The notes beneath the pieces were generated by a model. That model did no database searches, was not told the DNA's origin, and was given only the letters and a program-made list of their open reading frames with translations. The position numbers and the translations under genes are program-made. Shown here one piece after another: positions 1-10,104 of a stretch of DNA of 64,000 bases; within the stretch, counting starts at the first letter, position 1; each line of letters begins with the position of its first letter. This DNA is from an uncultured Acidimicrobiia bacterium (GTDB taxonomy: Bacteria; Actinomycetota; Acidimicrobiia; Spongiisociales; JAENVV01): NCBI GenBank assembly GCA_965363765.1, contig CBDTUI010000001.1, positions 26,403 to 90,402 on the forward strand, given 5' to 3'.

Positions 1-797
1 TCGGGGTCGGGGACTTCAAGCTCGTCGAAGCGGACGGCCCGAATGGGGTGGCGATCAGGAACTACTTCGACGACGACATTCGCGATTCAACCCTCGGCAT
101 CTTCGACAAACAGGCCGACATGATTGTGTTCTTGTCCGAACGGTTCGGGCCGTATCCGTTTGACGTGTACGGCGCACTCGTTCTCGACACCGCAGAAGTG
201 GCCGTCGCCCTCGAGACTCAAACGCTTTCGACGTTTGGCACACAAATCCTCGGCCTCGGTGAGGAGGTCGTCATTCATGAACTCGCTCACCAATGGTTCG
301 GCGACTCGGTGTCATTGAAACGATGGGACGATATCTGGCTCAACGAAGGGTTCGCCACGTACAGTCAGTGGCTGTGGATCGAGGAGACTCAGGGCCCTGA
401 ATTCCGTGACGTTCGTATCGCCCAGTCCTATGACCTCATCAGCGGGCGTCAGTTTCTGGGTGGTACCGGGTCTGAATCGGTGGCGGCTAGCCAGGCCTAC
501 CGCCAGTTTCCGCCGGCCGGTACCCCCGCCGCCGACGACATCTTCAACGCATCCGTCTATCTCCGGGGTGGGTTGACCCTCCATGCTCTCCGGTTGGAAG
601 TTGGTGATGAAGACTTCTTTGAAATTGCCAGGACCTATCAGGAACGATTCGCCTACGGGAACGCCGAAACGAGCGACTTTTTGGCAACTGTCGCTGACGT
701 GACCGGGCGCGATTTAGGAGGATTCCTGGACGCCTGGTTATACGACGAGGCGATGCCTCCCATCCCTGCGCTGAGTCTGTCGCCGCTCGAAGGCTGA
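1..797 (+). CDS. M1-family zinc metallopeptidase (aminopeptidase N-like). The 5' end is cut by the window edge.
   Basis: The reading frame is open from nt 3. HELAHQWFG...WLNEGFATY is the gluzincin HEXXH-(18)-E signature of M1 peptidases. Stop at 795-797. Confidence 0.8.
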   Translation, partial: GVGDFKLVEADGPNGVAIRNYFDDDIRDSTLGIFDKQADMIVFLSERFGPYPFDVYGALVLDTAEVAVALETQTLSTFGTQILGLGEEVVIHELAHQWFGDSVSLKRWDDIWLNEGFATYSQWLWIEETQGPEFRDVRIAQSYDLISGRQFLGGTGSESVAASQAYRQFPPAGTPAADDIFNASVYLRGGLTLHALRLEVGDEDFFEIARTYQERFAYGNAETSDFLATVADVTGRDLGGFLDAWLYDEAMPPIPALSLSPLEG

Positions 798-802
798 CGG
801 TT

Positions 803-850
803 TTGCGACTCTATGCGCATACATGTATAATTATGCGGGTCTAGTTATGC
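803..850 (+). promoter_or_regulatory. Putative argC promoter (TTGCGA-17 nt-TATAAT) overlapped by ARG-box-like palindromes (TATGCGCATA; ACATGTATAATTATGCGG)
   Basis: A -35-like TTGCGA at 803-808 and a perfect TATAAT at 826-831 are separated by 17 nt. The perfect palindrome TATGCGCATA and repeated TATGCG half-sites lie just upstream of the argC RBS GGAGGGGG. argR is encoded in the same operon. Confidence 0.5.
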
Positions 851-863
851 GGAGGGGGTCAAC

Positions 864-1886
864 GTGAAATCAGTAGCAATTCTCGGCGCCTCCGGATACG
901 GCGGAGGAGAGCTGATTCGTCTGGTCGATGCCCATCCGGAGATGACGGTTGCCTACCTCGGTGCCCATACCCAAGCCGGTAAACCTCTGGCAGAGGTGCA
1001 TCCCCATCTGGCGGACGGACAGCGGGTGCTCGAGCCGAACACAGCCGACCTGACCGGCATCGACCTCGTTTTTTTGGCGCTACCGCACGGCGCTTCTGCC
1101 GTGCTTGCAAGTGACCTGGCCGGGGCGGGCGTCAAAGTCGTTGACCTTGGTTCCGACTTCCGAATGGATACGACCGATCGGTACGAAGCCGCTTACGGGG
1201 CCCCTCATCCTCTGCCGAACGAATTATCCGACTGGACATATGGCCTCCCGGAACTGTTTCCGATTGGGGACTCAACGCGAGTGGCTTCCCCAGGCTGCTA
1301 TCCGACCGCCACCCTGCTCGGGGTTGCTCCGCTTCTCGCCGCTGGCGCCGTTTCGCCCGACGGGATTGTCATCAATGCCGTCTCGGGGGCGTCTGGGGCC
1401 GGACGATCGCTGAGCGAAGACCTCCTGTTTGGTGCGGTGGCCGATGGGGTTCGCGCCTACGGGGTTGCTAAGCACCGACACCGTCCCGAGATCGAGATGG
1501 CCCTCGAGGCATACACCGGACAGTCGTCGATTCGGGTGACATTCACCCCGCATCTGGTGCCGATGCAGCGGGGTATTCACGCCACGATCACCGCCCCCAC
1601 CGCCGGTGGGGTGACCGAGAATGACTTGCGCGGCGTGCTGGCCGACTTCGGGGAGGGCAAGCCGTTTTATGAGGTAGTGGATAGCCCCCCGCAGACTCGC
1701 TGGGCGGTCGGCTCAAATCGGGCGATCGTGTCGGTTTATCTTGATGAGCCAACCGGAAACGCGGTGATCCTCTCGGCAATCGACAACTTGCTCAAAGGCG
1801 CTGCCGGTCAAGCCATCCAGGCCGCCAACCTGATGTTCGGCTGGGATGAGGCCGCCGGGTTGCCCGTCTCAGGGTGGATGCCGTGA
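864..1886 (+). CDS. argC: N-acetyl-gamma-glutamyl-phosphate reductase
   Basis: GTG start 5 nt after GGAGGGGG. N-terminal GASGYGGGEL NAD-binding motif and active-site GCYPTA. 340 aa. Confidence 0.93.
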   Translation: MKSVAILGASGYGGGELIRLVDAHPEMTVAYLGAHTQAGKPLAEVHPHLADGQRVLEPNTADLTGIDLVFLALPHGASAVLASDLAGAGVKVVDLGSDFRMDTTDRYEAAYGAPHPLPNELSDWTYGLPELFPIGDSTRVASPGCYPTATLLGVAPLLAAGAVSPDGIVINAVSGASGAGRSLSEDLLFGAVADGVRAYGVAKHRHRPEIEMALEAYTGQSSIRVTFTPHLVPMQRGIHATITAPTAGGVTENDLRGVLADFGEGKPFYEVVDSPPQTRWAVGSNRAIVSVYLDEPTGNAVILSAIDNLLKGAAGQAIQAANLMFGWDEAAGLPVSGWMP

Positions 1887-3001
1887 TCCGATCTGCCGGC
1901 ATGGTCTCCGGCATCAAATCGTCAGGGGCGCCTGACCTGGCCCTGATTGATCTGGGTCGGCTGGTTTCCTGTGCTGCGGTTTTCACGGCTTCTCAGGCGG
2001 CCGCCGCTCCGGTTCTCATCAGTCGACCGATCGCCGGTCGGGGAGAGGCCAGGGCGGTGGTCATGAACTCGGGATGTGCCAATGCCGGGACAGGCGCCGT
2101 CGGCATGGACAACGCTCGGCGTATGCAACTGGCTGCCGCCACCAAGCTGGGATGCGATCCCGGGGCTGTGTTTGTTTGTTCCACGGGACCGATCGGCCCC
2201 CAACTCCCTATCGAGAAGATCGAAGCGGCGCTGGCCAGCATCGACGTGAGCGAGGATGGCTGGACCGGCGCTGCCGAAGCGATCCGAACCACTGACACCT
2301 TCGCCAAGGTTGCCGAGCGCACGTTTGGTCCTCTCAGGGTCCGTGGCATGGCCAAAGGGGCAGCCATGATCAGGCCAGATATGGCAACGATGCTGGCGGT
2401 AATCACCACCAATGCCGACCTGGGCTCAGAAGACCTTGATCGTGGCTTGCGCGACGCAGTCGGGCCGTCGTTCAACTCGCTCAACATCGACGGATGCCAG
2501 TCGACCAATGACACTGTCATCGCGTTCGCCACCAGCGAAGTGAATGCCGATCTCGACGCAGTGAATCGTCTGATTGCCGAGGTGTGCATGGAGTTGGCCG
2601 TAATGATCGCCAGCGACGGGGAGGAAACCAGCCGGGTCGTACGCGTCTCGGTGGTCGGGGCGGCCACCGACGGAACGGCTCGCCGACTCGGCCAAGCGAT
2701 GACCGACTCGGACCTGGTTCGGGCGTCCTTTTACGGTGGAGATCCGAACTGGGGACGGCTTCTGCAAGCGGCGGCCGTTTCAGGAGTCACAATCGACACC
2801 GAGGCGTTTGGGGTTGCCTATGAAGGGGTAGCGGTGGCGAGCGAGGGCTGCCAGGTGGAATATGATCCCGCTGCTATCCGGCCGCTGTTGAGAAACGACT
2901 TCACCGTCGACGTAAGAGTCGGGTGGGGTCCAGGATCAGCCACGATCATCACCACAGACCTCACCCCGGGATACGTCGAGTTCAACGGGGCACCGTCATG
3001 A
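1883..3001 (+). CDS. argJ: Bifunctional glutamate N-acetyltransferase / amino-acid acetyltransferase (ornithine acetyltransferase)
   Basis: Self-cleavage motif ATMLAVITTNA. GIK motif near the N-terminus. The GTG start at 1883 overlaps the argC stop (GTGA); an alternative start is GTG 1874. Confidence 0.9.
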   Translation: MIRSAGMVSGIKSSGAPDLALIDLGRLVSCAAVFTASQAAAAPVLISRPIAGRGEARAVVMNSGCANAGTGAVGMDNARRMQLAAATKLGCDPGAVFVCSTGPIGPQLPIEKIEAALASIDVSEDGWTGAAEAIRTTDTFAKVAERTFGPLRVRGMAKGAAMIRPDMATMLAVITTNADLGSEDLDRGLRDAVGPSFNSLNIDGCQSTNDTVIAFATSEVNADLDAVNRLIAEVCMELAVMIASDGEETSRVVRVSVVGAATDGTARRLGQAMTDSDLVRASFYGGDPNWGRLLQAAAVSGVTIDTEAFGVAYEGVAVASEGCQVEYDPAAIRPLLRNDFTVDVRVGWGPGSATIITTDLTPGYVEFNGAPS

Positions 3002-3894
3002 CCACCGGCCACTCATCACCGAATGCTCGCAAAAGCCGGATCGCCTCGACCATGGGCAAAGCCAAGATTCTGACCGAGGCGGCACCATACATCAAAGCTT
3101 TCTCAGGCAAGATCATGGTCATCAAGTACGGCGGGTCGGCCATGACCAGCGACGAACTCCGAGAAACGTTCGCCGGGGATGTCACACTGCTGAGCCTCGT
3201 CGGCATCAAGCCAGTGATTGTGCATGGGGGAGGGCCGCAAATCACGAGGGCGATGGGCCAATCGGGCGTTGAACCTAAGTGGGTGGACGGGCTGCGTGTA
3301 ACCGACGCCGAGACGATCCGAGTTGTGCAATCGGTACTCGCTGGTGAAGTCAACCCCGATATCGTCCGATTGCTGGCCGGTCATGGGGCGGTGGCGGCCG
3401 GGGTCACAGGTATCGATGGCGGGCTTTTCAAGGCGGTCCAGAAGGACGATCGGCTCGGGTTCGTAGGAGAGATCGAGTCGGTTGACCCGACTTTGGTCCG
3501 CGGCATGCTCAACCAAGGGATCGTTCCGGTAGTGGCACCCCTGGCGCGGGGCGCAGACGGCCACGCCTACAACCTGAACGCCGATACTGCGGCCGGGGCG
3601 TTGGCCGAGGCCCTGGGGGCAACCAAGCTGGTCTATCTCACTGACGTCGAGGGGTTGTATTCGGACCTCGGCGACGAAGACACCTTGCTATCGAGGGTAG
3701 GTATCACCGAGTTGGAGGCGATGATCGAATCTGGCTCGGCATCCGCTGGCATGGTGCCGAAGTTGCGGTCTTGTATCTCGGCAATGAAAGCGGGCGTACC
3801 TCAGGCTCACATTCTTGACGGACGGGTCCAGCACGCGCTCCTCCTGGAAGTGTTTACGCCAGAGGGCATCGGAACGATGGTCGAGCCTCGCTGA
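2998..3894 (+). CDS. argB: Acetylglutamate kinase
   Basis: MGKAKIL...KIMVIKYGGSAM amino-acid kinase N-terminus. ATG 2998 overlaps the argJ TGA (ATGA); an alternative start is ATG 3052. Confidence 0.9.
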   Translation: MTTGHSSPNARKSRIASTMGKAKILTEAAPYIKAFSGKIMVIKYGGSAMTSDELRETFAGDVTLLSLVGIKPVIVHGGGPQITRAMGQSGVEPKWVDGLRVTDAETIRVVQSVLAGEVNPDIVRLLAGHGAVAAGVTGIDGGLFKAVQKDDRLGFVGEIESVDPTLVRGMLNQGIVPVVAPLARGADGHAYNLNADTAAGALAEALGATKLVYLTDVEGLYSDLGDEDTLLSRVGITELEAMIESGSASAGMVPKLRSCISAMKAGVPQAHILDGRVQHALLLEVFTPEGIGTMVEPR

Positions 3895-3936
3895 CATGTT
3901 GCATGAATATTCGCCGACCCGTATCGTTATGCGCCC

Positions 3937-4395
3937 ATGAACACCGCCTCTCGCCGTAGGTTGATCCGCAAGCTGTTGCTCGAGAACGACGTTTCCAGCC
4001 AGGGTGAGATGGTCGACCTGCTTCTTGGCGAATCACACGAAGTGACCCAGGCGACGGTGTCGCGGGACCTCCATGCCCTCGGCGCTGTGAAGTCACGTCG
4101 GAACGGCCGCATGCGATATGTCTTGCCTGACGACGGGACGACTAGCGACGGCGAATATCTGACTCTCGCCAGGGCCCTGATCGAGTTTGTCGAGTCGATT
4201 GCCTTTTCGGCCAACTTGGTTGTCATTAAGACATCACCCGGTGCGGCCGGAGTGGTGGCCGGAGCCATCGATGCTTCCCCTCTCGGTGGGGTGCTTGGCA
4301 CCATTGCGGGAGACGACACACTCATGATCGTTGCTGATGAACAAGTCGGCGGTTTTGGATTGGCGAACCGCCTCGAACAAATCGGAGCTGGGTAA
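3937..4395 (+). CDS. argR: Arginine repressor
   Basis: 152 aa with an N-terminal winged-helix region (QGEMVDLL...ATVSRDL) and a C-terminal oligomerisation domain. It sits inside the arg operon. Confidence 0.88.
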   Translation: MNTASRRRLIRKLLLENDVSSQGEMVDLLLGESHEVTQATVSRDLHALGAVKSRRNGRMRYVLPDDGTTSDGEYLTLARALIEFVESIAFSANLVVIKTSPGAAGVVAGAIDASPLGGVLGTIAGDDTLMIVADEQVGGFGLANRLEQIGAG

Positions 4396-5597
4396 TGAAA
4401 AAGATCGTTCTTGCGTATTCGGGAGGCCTCGATACGTCGGTGATTCTCACCTGGCTCAAAGAGGAATATGACGTCGAAGTGGTTGCGTACACCGCCGACG
4501 TTGGCCAGGGCGAAGAAGTTGAAGAAGCCAAGGTCAAAGCGATGGCGACCGGTGCGGTCGAAGCAATCGCCGAGGACCTGATCGAAGAGTTTGTCTCTGA
4601 CTACGTCTTTCCGGCACTGCGGGCCAACGCCATTTACGAAGGGCACTATCTGTTGGGCACTTCTTTGGCCCGTCCGGTGATCGCGAAAGGGTTAGTGCGG
4701 GCAGCCGAAGCCACCGGTGCCGATGGGATCGCCCACGGGGCAACCGGCAAGGGCAACGATCAGGTCCGGTTCGAAGTCTCCGCCTATGCGCTCAAGCCAG
4801 ACATCAAAGTCATTGCACCCTGGCGGGAATGGAAACTGCGGGGGAGGGCTGATTGCATCGCCTATGCAGAAGCGAGGGGAATCCCAATACCGGTCACCAA
4901 GGAAAAGCCTTATTCAATGGATGCCAACCTGCTGCACATTTCTTACGAGGGTGGCGTTCTCGAGGACCCGTGGGTGGGCCCTCCGAAAGACATGTTCAAA
5001 ATGACGGTCGATCCCGAGGACGCTCCTGACGAGCCGGAGATCGTGACAGTCACCTACGACCGCGGCGATCCGGTGGCTGTCAACGGGCAGGCCCTCGGGC
5101 CAGCGGCGCTCCTGGCCCGGCTCAATCAAATTGCTGGAGCGCATGGCGTGGGTCGAGTCGACATCGTCGAGAATCGCTTTGTCGGGATGAAGTCGCGCGG
5201 CGTGTACGAAACGCCTGGCGGGACGGTGCTGCACTACGCACACCGCGCGGTTGAATCGCTGACCCTGGACCGGGAGGTCATGCACTTGCGGGACAGTCTG
5301 ATCCCTCGGTATGCCGCCATGGTTTACAACGGCTTTTGGTTCTCGCCCGAACGCGAAGCGCTCCAATCGTTCGTCGATACCACCCAGGAGCGGGTGTCGG
5401 GGGAGGCGCGGCTGAGGCTCTATAAGGGCGGCGTTTACGTCGAGGGTCGCCGGTCCGACTACCGGCTCTACGACCAGGCCACGGTTACCTTTGAAGAAGA
5501 CGACGTCTACGACCAGGCCGACGCGGCCGGGTTCATTCGTCTCAACGCTTTGCGGTTGCGGCGCTCTGCCGAAGCTCGCCTCGGTCAAGGGGAGTAG
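4395..5597 (+). CDS. argG: Argininosuccinate synthase
   Basis: [18 protein letters not shown]-loop. 400 aa. The ATG overlaps the argR stop (TAATG). Confidence 0.95.
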   Translation: MKKIVLAYSGGLDTSVILTWLKEEYDVEVVAYTADVGQGEEVEEAKVKAMATGAVEAIAEDLIEEFVSDYVFPALRANAIYEGHYLLGTSLARPVIAKGLVRAAEATGADGIAHGATGKGNDQVRFEVSAYALKPDIKVIAPWREWKLRGRADCIAYAEARGIPIPVTKEKPYSMDANLLHISYEGGVLEDPWVGPPKDMFKMTVDPEDAPDEPEIVTVTYDRGDPVAVNGQALGPAALLARLNQIAGAHGVGRVDIVENRFVGMKSRGVYETPGGTVLHYAHRAVESLTLDREVMHLRDSLIPRYAAMVYNGFWFSPEREALQSFVDTTQERVSGEARLRLYKGGVYVEGRRSDYRLYDQATVTFEEDDVYDQADAAGFIRLNALRLRRSAEARLGQGE

Positions 5598-6965
5598 ATG
5601 TCGACGCTGTGGGGCGGAGGTTTCGCCGAAGGTCCCGATGCGCTGCTGTGGGCCTATACGGTCGACACGGCAGACCGCCGGCTGATCTTCGACGACCTGC
5701 ATGGTTCGTGGGCCCACGTCGGGATGCTCGGCGAGCAGGGGATCATCAGTTCCGAAGAGGCCGCTCAGTTGCAGGGTGGCATTTTGGAGATCGTGGCCGA
5801 GGCGGAGGCGGGCGAGTTTGTTTTCCTGAATTCCGACGAAGATGTGCATTCGGCAACCGAACGGCGCCTGATCGAAAAGATCGGCGATGTGGGCCGCAAG
5901 GTGCACACGGGTCGATCCCGCAATGATCAGGTGGCTCTCGACCTTCGCCTCTATTTGGCCAGGGCGGGTCGTCAACAATTGCAGCACCTTGCCGCCATGG
6001 CCAGGGTCTTGGTTGACCAGGCCGAACGGGTGGGCGACCTCGTGGTCCCGTCATACACCCACCTCCAGCAAGCCCAGGCGGTGCCGTTGGCCCATCACCT
6101 GCTGGCGTATGCCGAAATGCTCCGGCGGGATGCCGAACGTATGCAAGCCGCCGTCTATCGGACCGAAGTGTCTCCGCTTGGAGCGAGTGCCTCGGGAGGA
6201 TCGAGCCTTCCTCTTGACCCTGCGGCCTCGGCCCGGCTTCTCGGTTGGAGTTGGCATTTCGCCAACTCGATGGACGCGGTTGGATCGCGCGACTTTGTCG
6301 CCGAGTACGTCTTTGTGTGCGCCCAGGCGATGGTCCACCTGTCGCGCCTCGCCGAAGAAGTCGTGCTGTGGGCGACTAGCGAATTCGGATGGGTGTCGTT
6401 CCCGGACACATTTACGACCGGATCGTCAGCGATGCCTCAGAAAAAGAACCCAGACGTTGCCGAACTCGTGCGGGGACGATCCGCAGGCGTGATCGGCGAT
6501 TTGTCGGCGATCATGGCCCTGCAAAAAGGGCTGCCACTCACGTACAACCGTGACCTGCAAGAAGATAAGCGGATCGCGTTCCACGCCGACGACGTGCTGG
6601 CCGGGTCGCTCCAGACGCTGGCAGCCATGCTGGCCACGGCCGTTTTCAACCCGCCACCCCCCAACCCGGCAGTCACCGCCCTCGACCTGGCCGAAGTGCT
6701 GGTCGGGCGGGGAGTGCCCTTCCGGACAGCACACGAGGCGATCGGTCAGCTACTCAAGAACCTGGCGGACGACGGGCGGACCCTGGCCGAAGCTACCGAT
6801 GCCGACCTTTCGACTGCCCATGATCAGTTCGAGGCCGAAGACGTCGCTCGGATTGATCCCGTTGCGTCGGTTCAACACCGGGTAACTCCGGGTGGCGGTT
6901 CGTTTCGTGAAGTTGCCCGGCAAATAACCCGCCTCCGGTCTTTGCTGGCAGACATCGGCAAGTAG
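5598..6965 (+). CDS. argH: Argininosuccinate lyase
   Basis: N-terminal LWGGGF. Fumarate-lyase signature GSSAMPQKKNPDVAE. 455 aa. Confidence 0.95.
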   Translation: MSTLWGGGFAEGPDALLWAYTVDTADRRLIFDDLHGSWAHVGMLGEQGIISSEEAAQLQGGILEIVAEAEAGEFVFLNSDEDVHSATERRLIEKIGDVGRKVHTGRSRNDQVALDLRLYLARAGRQQLQHLAAMARVLVDQAERVGDLVVPSYTHLQQAQAVPLAHHLLAYAEMLRRDAERMQAAVYRTEVSPLGASASGGSSLPLDPAASARLLGWSWHFANSMDAVGSRDFVAEYVFVCAQAMVHLSRLAEEVVLWATSEFGWVSFPDTFTTGSSAMPQKKNPDVAELVRGRSAGVIGDLSAIMALQKGLPLTYNRDLQEDKRIAFHADDVLAGSLQTLAAMLATAVFNPPPPNPAVTALDLAEVLVGRGVPFRTAHEAIGQLLKNLADDGRTLAEATDADLSTAHDQFEAEDVARIDPVASVQHRVTPGGGSFREVARQITRLRSLLADIGK

Positions 6966-7030
6966 AGTCAAGACCCGGTGCTGACGCAGCCGGGGACGCC
7001 GGCTTCGACAGGGGCATCGGCTGGAAGTGA

Positions 7031-7384
7031 GTGTCTTTGGACTGGTTACCGTGGTTGTTGTCGCTTGGGTTTGCGTTCCTCGGCTGGGCAATCGGTCGAT
7101 CAACGAACCGTTGGTTCGCTGCGAGCCGCGAAGCTACCCGTCGGATGGTCCTCGTCAAAGGGTTGAATTCGGCTCTTATTGCGGTGGCGTACTGGCTTAT
7201 CGTGTGGCAGGTCCTCAAACGCTTCGATCTGTTTGATCTCACCGCTGGGGTCGTCGTCGGACTGATGATGGTCCCGTTCGCCGCCCTTGGCTACATGTGG
7301 GCAGTCCGCCAACACGCCCAAAGTCTGTTTGGCCGGCGCCTCCCCCGCCGCCTCCGCCCCCGAATGTTCATACGACGTAGCTAG
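7031..7384 (+). CDS. Hypothetical small membrane protein (2-3 TM helices, Arg-rich tail)
   Basis: ORF with a GTG start, hydrophobic segments and a basic C-terminus. No recognisable family. Confidence 0.35.
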   Translation: MSLDWLPWLLSLGFAFLGWAIGRSTNRWFAASREATRRMVLVKGLNSALIAVAYWLIVWQVLKRFDLFDLTAGVVVGLMMVPFAALGYMWAVRQHAQSLFGRRLPRRLRPRMFIRRS

Positions 7385-7388
7385 GGGT

Positions 7389-8306
7389 TCAGATCAATGC
7401 GATGGTGGCAGCGAGGGTGAGGGCGCTGGCGACCGTTGATACGAGCACGGTGGTGGTCACGAAGTCTGGTTCGAGGTCGTGTTCGATCGCAATTAGCGCC
7501 GCAAAAACGGCGGCGGGCATGGCCGATTGCAGGATGGTGACGCCACCCGCAGTGCCGCCCAGCCCGATGAAGGCGGCAGCCAGGGCGGCAGCCGCCGGGG
7601 CGATCAGCAGGCGAAGGCCCGATGCCACCCATACTTCTTTTGCGAAGCGTGGTCGCTGCATGCTCGACAACTGAACCCCGAGCGTTACGAGCATGACGCC
7701 GATCATGGCGTCGGCCAGCAGGCCAATTGCCCGGTCGGCGAAGACAGGGAGCGTTAGATCGCCGGCGTTAAAGACGATTGCTAAGGGAAGGACCGCCACG
7801 GTGGGGGTGGTGAGTGCCTTGATGATCGCTTTGGACGGCGAGGCGGTCCGCCAGGTGGCTGCCGTCACCCCGATCATGAAGGCGGCGAAGTTGATGATGA
7901 GGAATGACACTCCGGCGAGTGGCAAGGCCTCTTCGCCGAACGCAAAGGAGACGATCGGTATGCCGAAATTGCCGACGTTCCCGTAAACAGCAACCAAAAC
8001 GACGGCCGCCGTCAGCGAGTAGCCCCACTTGAACAAGCGGCCGGCCGCCAGGCCGAGTAAGGCCACAACCGCGGTGGTTACGGTGATCACTATCGCCATC
8101 TGGGCCACCACGCCGGTCTCGATGTCGGCATCGCGGAGCAGATCAAAAAAGAACGCGGGGGCCAGAATGTAGTAGGCCACCTTGGCGAGTGGAGCGGGAT
8201 CTAAGCCCATCCGCCGACCAACGATGAGGCCGATCGTTGCTAATCCGAAGACGGGCAGCAGGATATCGATGAAGATTGCAGTGAGGTCGGTCACGTGGGC
8301 GGCCAT
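7389..8306 (-). CDS. AEC (auxin efflux carrier / malate permease-like) family transporter
   Basis: Polytopic membrane protein with the N-terminus MAAHVTDLTAIFIDILLPVFGLATIGLIVGRRMG typical of the AEC family. The start was moved to the internal ATG at 8306; the track ORF starts at 8570. Confidence 0.7.
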   Translation of the reverse strand: MAAHVTDLTAIFIDILLPVFGLATIGLIVGRRMGLDPAPLAKVAYYILAPAFFFDLLRDADIETGVVAQMAIVITVTTAVVALLGLAAGRLFKWGYSLTAAVVLVAVYGNVGNFGIPIVSFAFGEEALPLAGVSFLIINFAAFMIGVTAATWRTASPSKAIIKALTTPTVAVLPLAIVFNAGDLTLPVFADRAIGLLADAMIGVMLVTLGVQLSSMQRPRFAKEVWVASGLRLLIAPAAAALAAAFIGLGGTAGGVTILQSAMPAAVFAALIAIEHDLEPDFVTTTVLVSTVASALTLAATIALI

Positions 8307-8367
8307 TCTAGGAGCCGTCCGCTGATCGAGCCGGTCGAGACTGCTCAAAGTTGGTAACGTCGCAAGC

Positions 8368-8799
8368 ATGTCGATCCGTATGTCGCCCGAACGAGTACGC
8401 CAGTTTCTTATGTCGGGCACGCTCACCGGAAAGCTGGCAACGGTGCGATCTGATGGGCGGCCCCATGTGGCACCTATCTGGTTCGTGCTCGATGGCGACG
8501 ACGTCATCTTCAACACTGCCGATACGAGCGTGAAGGGCAAGAACCTGGCACGAGACAAACGGGTGTCCATCTCCGTTGACGATCAAGCGCCGCCGTATGC
8601 GTTCGCGATCATCGAAGGAACTGCTGAGTTAAGCACCGACTCAGATGAGGTGATCCGCTGGGCCACCGCTATCGGACGTCGGTACATGGGTGACGATCGC
8701 GCTGGCGAGTTTGGTCGCCGGAACGGAGTTCCGGGCGAATGGCTCGTCCGGGTCCGACCCGACAAAGTCATCGCCTTTGACGATACGGTCGGGTACTAA
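8368..8799 (+). CDS. Pyridoxamine 5'-phosphate oxidase (PPOX) family protein, probable F420/FMN-binding split-barrel
   Basis: 143 aa with RSDGRPHVAPIWFVLDGDDVIFNT, characteristic of the PPOX class. Confidence 0.7.
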   Translation: MSIRMSPERVRQFLMSGTLTGKLATVRSDGRPHVAPIWFVLDGDDVIFNTADTSVKGKNLARDKRVSISVDDQAPPYAFAIIEGTAELSTDSDEVIRWATAIGRRYMGDDRAGEFGRRNGVPGEWLVRVRPDKVIAFDDTVGY

Positions 8800-8908
8800 G
8801 CGACTGCGACCTTCCATCCGCACCTGCATCGCGAATCGCATCATTCGGGCTGCGACGGCGGTTCTGCTACCGATAAGGTGGCGCTCATGTATTTGACCCG
8901 AGGCGCTC

Positions 8909-10081
8909 GTGCTGCAAATCCCTGACGCCGAACGACGTAGGCGGTTAGCCCATCGCCACGGCCTTGTCGCGGGATTTGAGGCGGTTCCGTCGGTCGCCGA
9001 CGCCCTGGTCGGTCTCCATTCGAGTGATCCTGCCAGCGTCTACTTGTCGGTGTGGGCGCGTATGGATGGCGTCAAAATCGAGGACATCGAATCGGCTCTG
9101 TATGACACGGGAGAGCTGGTCCGGATGTGGGCGATGCGCCGGACCATGTTTGTCGTGCCCCCCGAACTCGGGCAGGTCATGTATCCCGCCGCCACCCGCG
9201 ACGTGGTGACTTCCGAGTGGCGCAAGCTGCGGCAATGGGTGGTCGCCAATCATGATTTTCCAGATCCCGACGCCTGGATGGAGCAGATCGCAGCAGGAGC
9301 CATCGAATTCCTATCGAGGATCGGGAGAAGTACCACTCGTGAACTGAAAGCGCAGGTCGATGGTCTGGATACGGCGCTCGTGGTCCAGCAAGGCACGCGA
9401 GCTCCCGTGACGATGAGCATGGCGAGTCGGCTGCTCATGCTCCTCGCGATGGACGGGCGGGTTGCCAAAGGACGGCCGGCGGGAACCTGGCGATCTTCCC
9501 AATACGAGTGGTTGTCGCTCGGTGAATGGCCAGGCGATTGGATCACGAACGGCACCCACGACGATCCCGAAGCCGAACTGCTCGCAAGGTGGCTGAGCGC
9601 ATACGGTCCGGGGACGTTTCAAGACCTCAAGTGGTGGACGGGTTGGACGGTTGCCAAGACCCGGCGGGCGCTGTCGGCAACCGGGGCCGTCGAGGTGGAA
9701 CTCGATGATGGCACCGGGTTCGTCCTTGGCGACGACCTGAACGCGACACCCGATCCGGGCGATTGGGTGGCCCTGCTACCCGGCCTCGACCCGAGCGTCA
9801 TGGGATGGAAGCAGCGAGACTGGTTCCTCGGTGACCTGGCCGGTCGACTCTTCGACCGAAACGGCAACGCTGGCCCGACCGTGTGGGCCAACGGGGAGAT
9901 AGTCGGTGGGTGGGCTCAGCGGCCAGATGGGACGATCGCGGTGGGTTTGCTCAAAGATGTACCGACCGCTGCCCGAAAAGCCATCGACCGTGAGGCTGAT
10001 GACCTGGCCGATTGGATTGGTCCGGTCGGGCTCCGGTTCCGCTTCCCCAGTCCCTACGAGAAGGAACTACGCGACAGCTAG
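8909..10081 (+). CDS. Winged-helix DNA-binding domain protein of the YcaQ/AlkZ-like (DUF1006) crosslink-repair glycosylase family
   Basis: 390 aa. The N-terminal architecture (LVGLHSSDPASVYLSVWAR...LYDTGELVRMWAMRRTMFVV) resembles the actinobacterial AlkZ/YcaQ family. Confidence 0.55.
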   Translation: MLQIPDAERRRRLAHRHGLVAGFEAVPSVADALVGLHSSDPASVYLSVWARMDGVKIEDIESALYDTGELVRMWAMRRTMFVVPPELGQVMYPAATRDVVTSEWRKLRQWVVANHDFPDPDAWMEQIAAGAIEFLSRIGRSTTRELKAQVDGLDTALVVQQGTRAPVTMSMASRLLMLLAMDGRVAKGRPAGTWRSSQYEWLSLGEWPGDWITNGTHDDPEAELLARWLSAYGPGTFQDLKWWTGWTVAKTRRALSATGAVEVELDDGTGFVLGDDLNATPDPGDWVALLPGLDPSVMGWKQRDWFLGDLAGRLFDRNGNAGPTVWANGEIVGGWAQRPDGTIAVGLLKDVPTAARKAIDREADDLADWIGPVGLRFRFPSPYEKELRDS

Positions 10082-10104
10082 GGTGAGATTCTGGACCCTG
10101 GAGG

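Noticed and set aside
1993-2767. Antisense ORFs 1993..2667 minus strand and 2426..2767 minus strand within argJ
   Set aside because: They overlap argJ on the opposite strand and have no family features. High-GC artefact.
3927-5987. Long antisense ORFs (3927..4646 minus strand, 4914..5987 minus strand) across argR/argG/argH
   Set aside because: They lie antisense to strongly supported arg genes. Their translations are low-complexity Arg/Pro/Gly-rich, typical of high-GC antisense frames.
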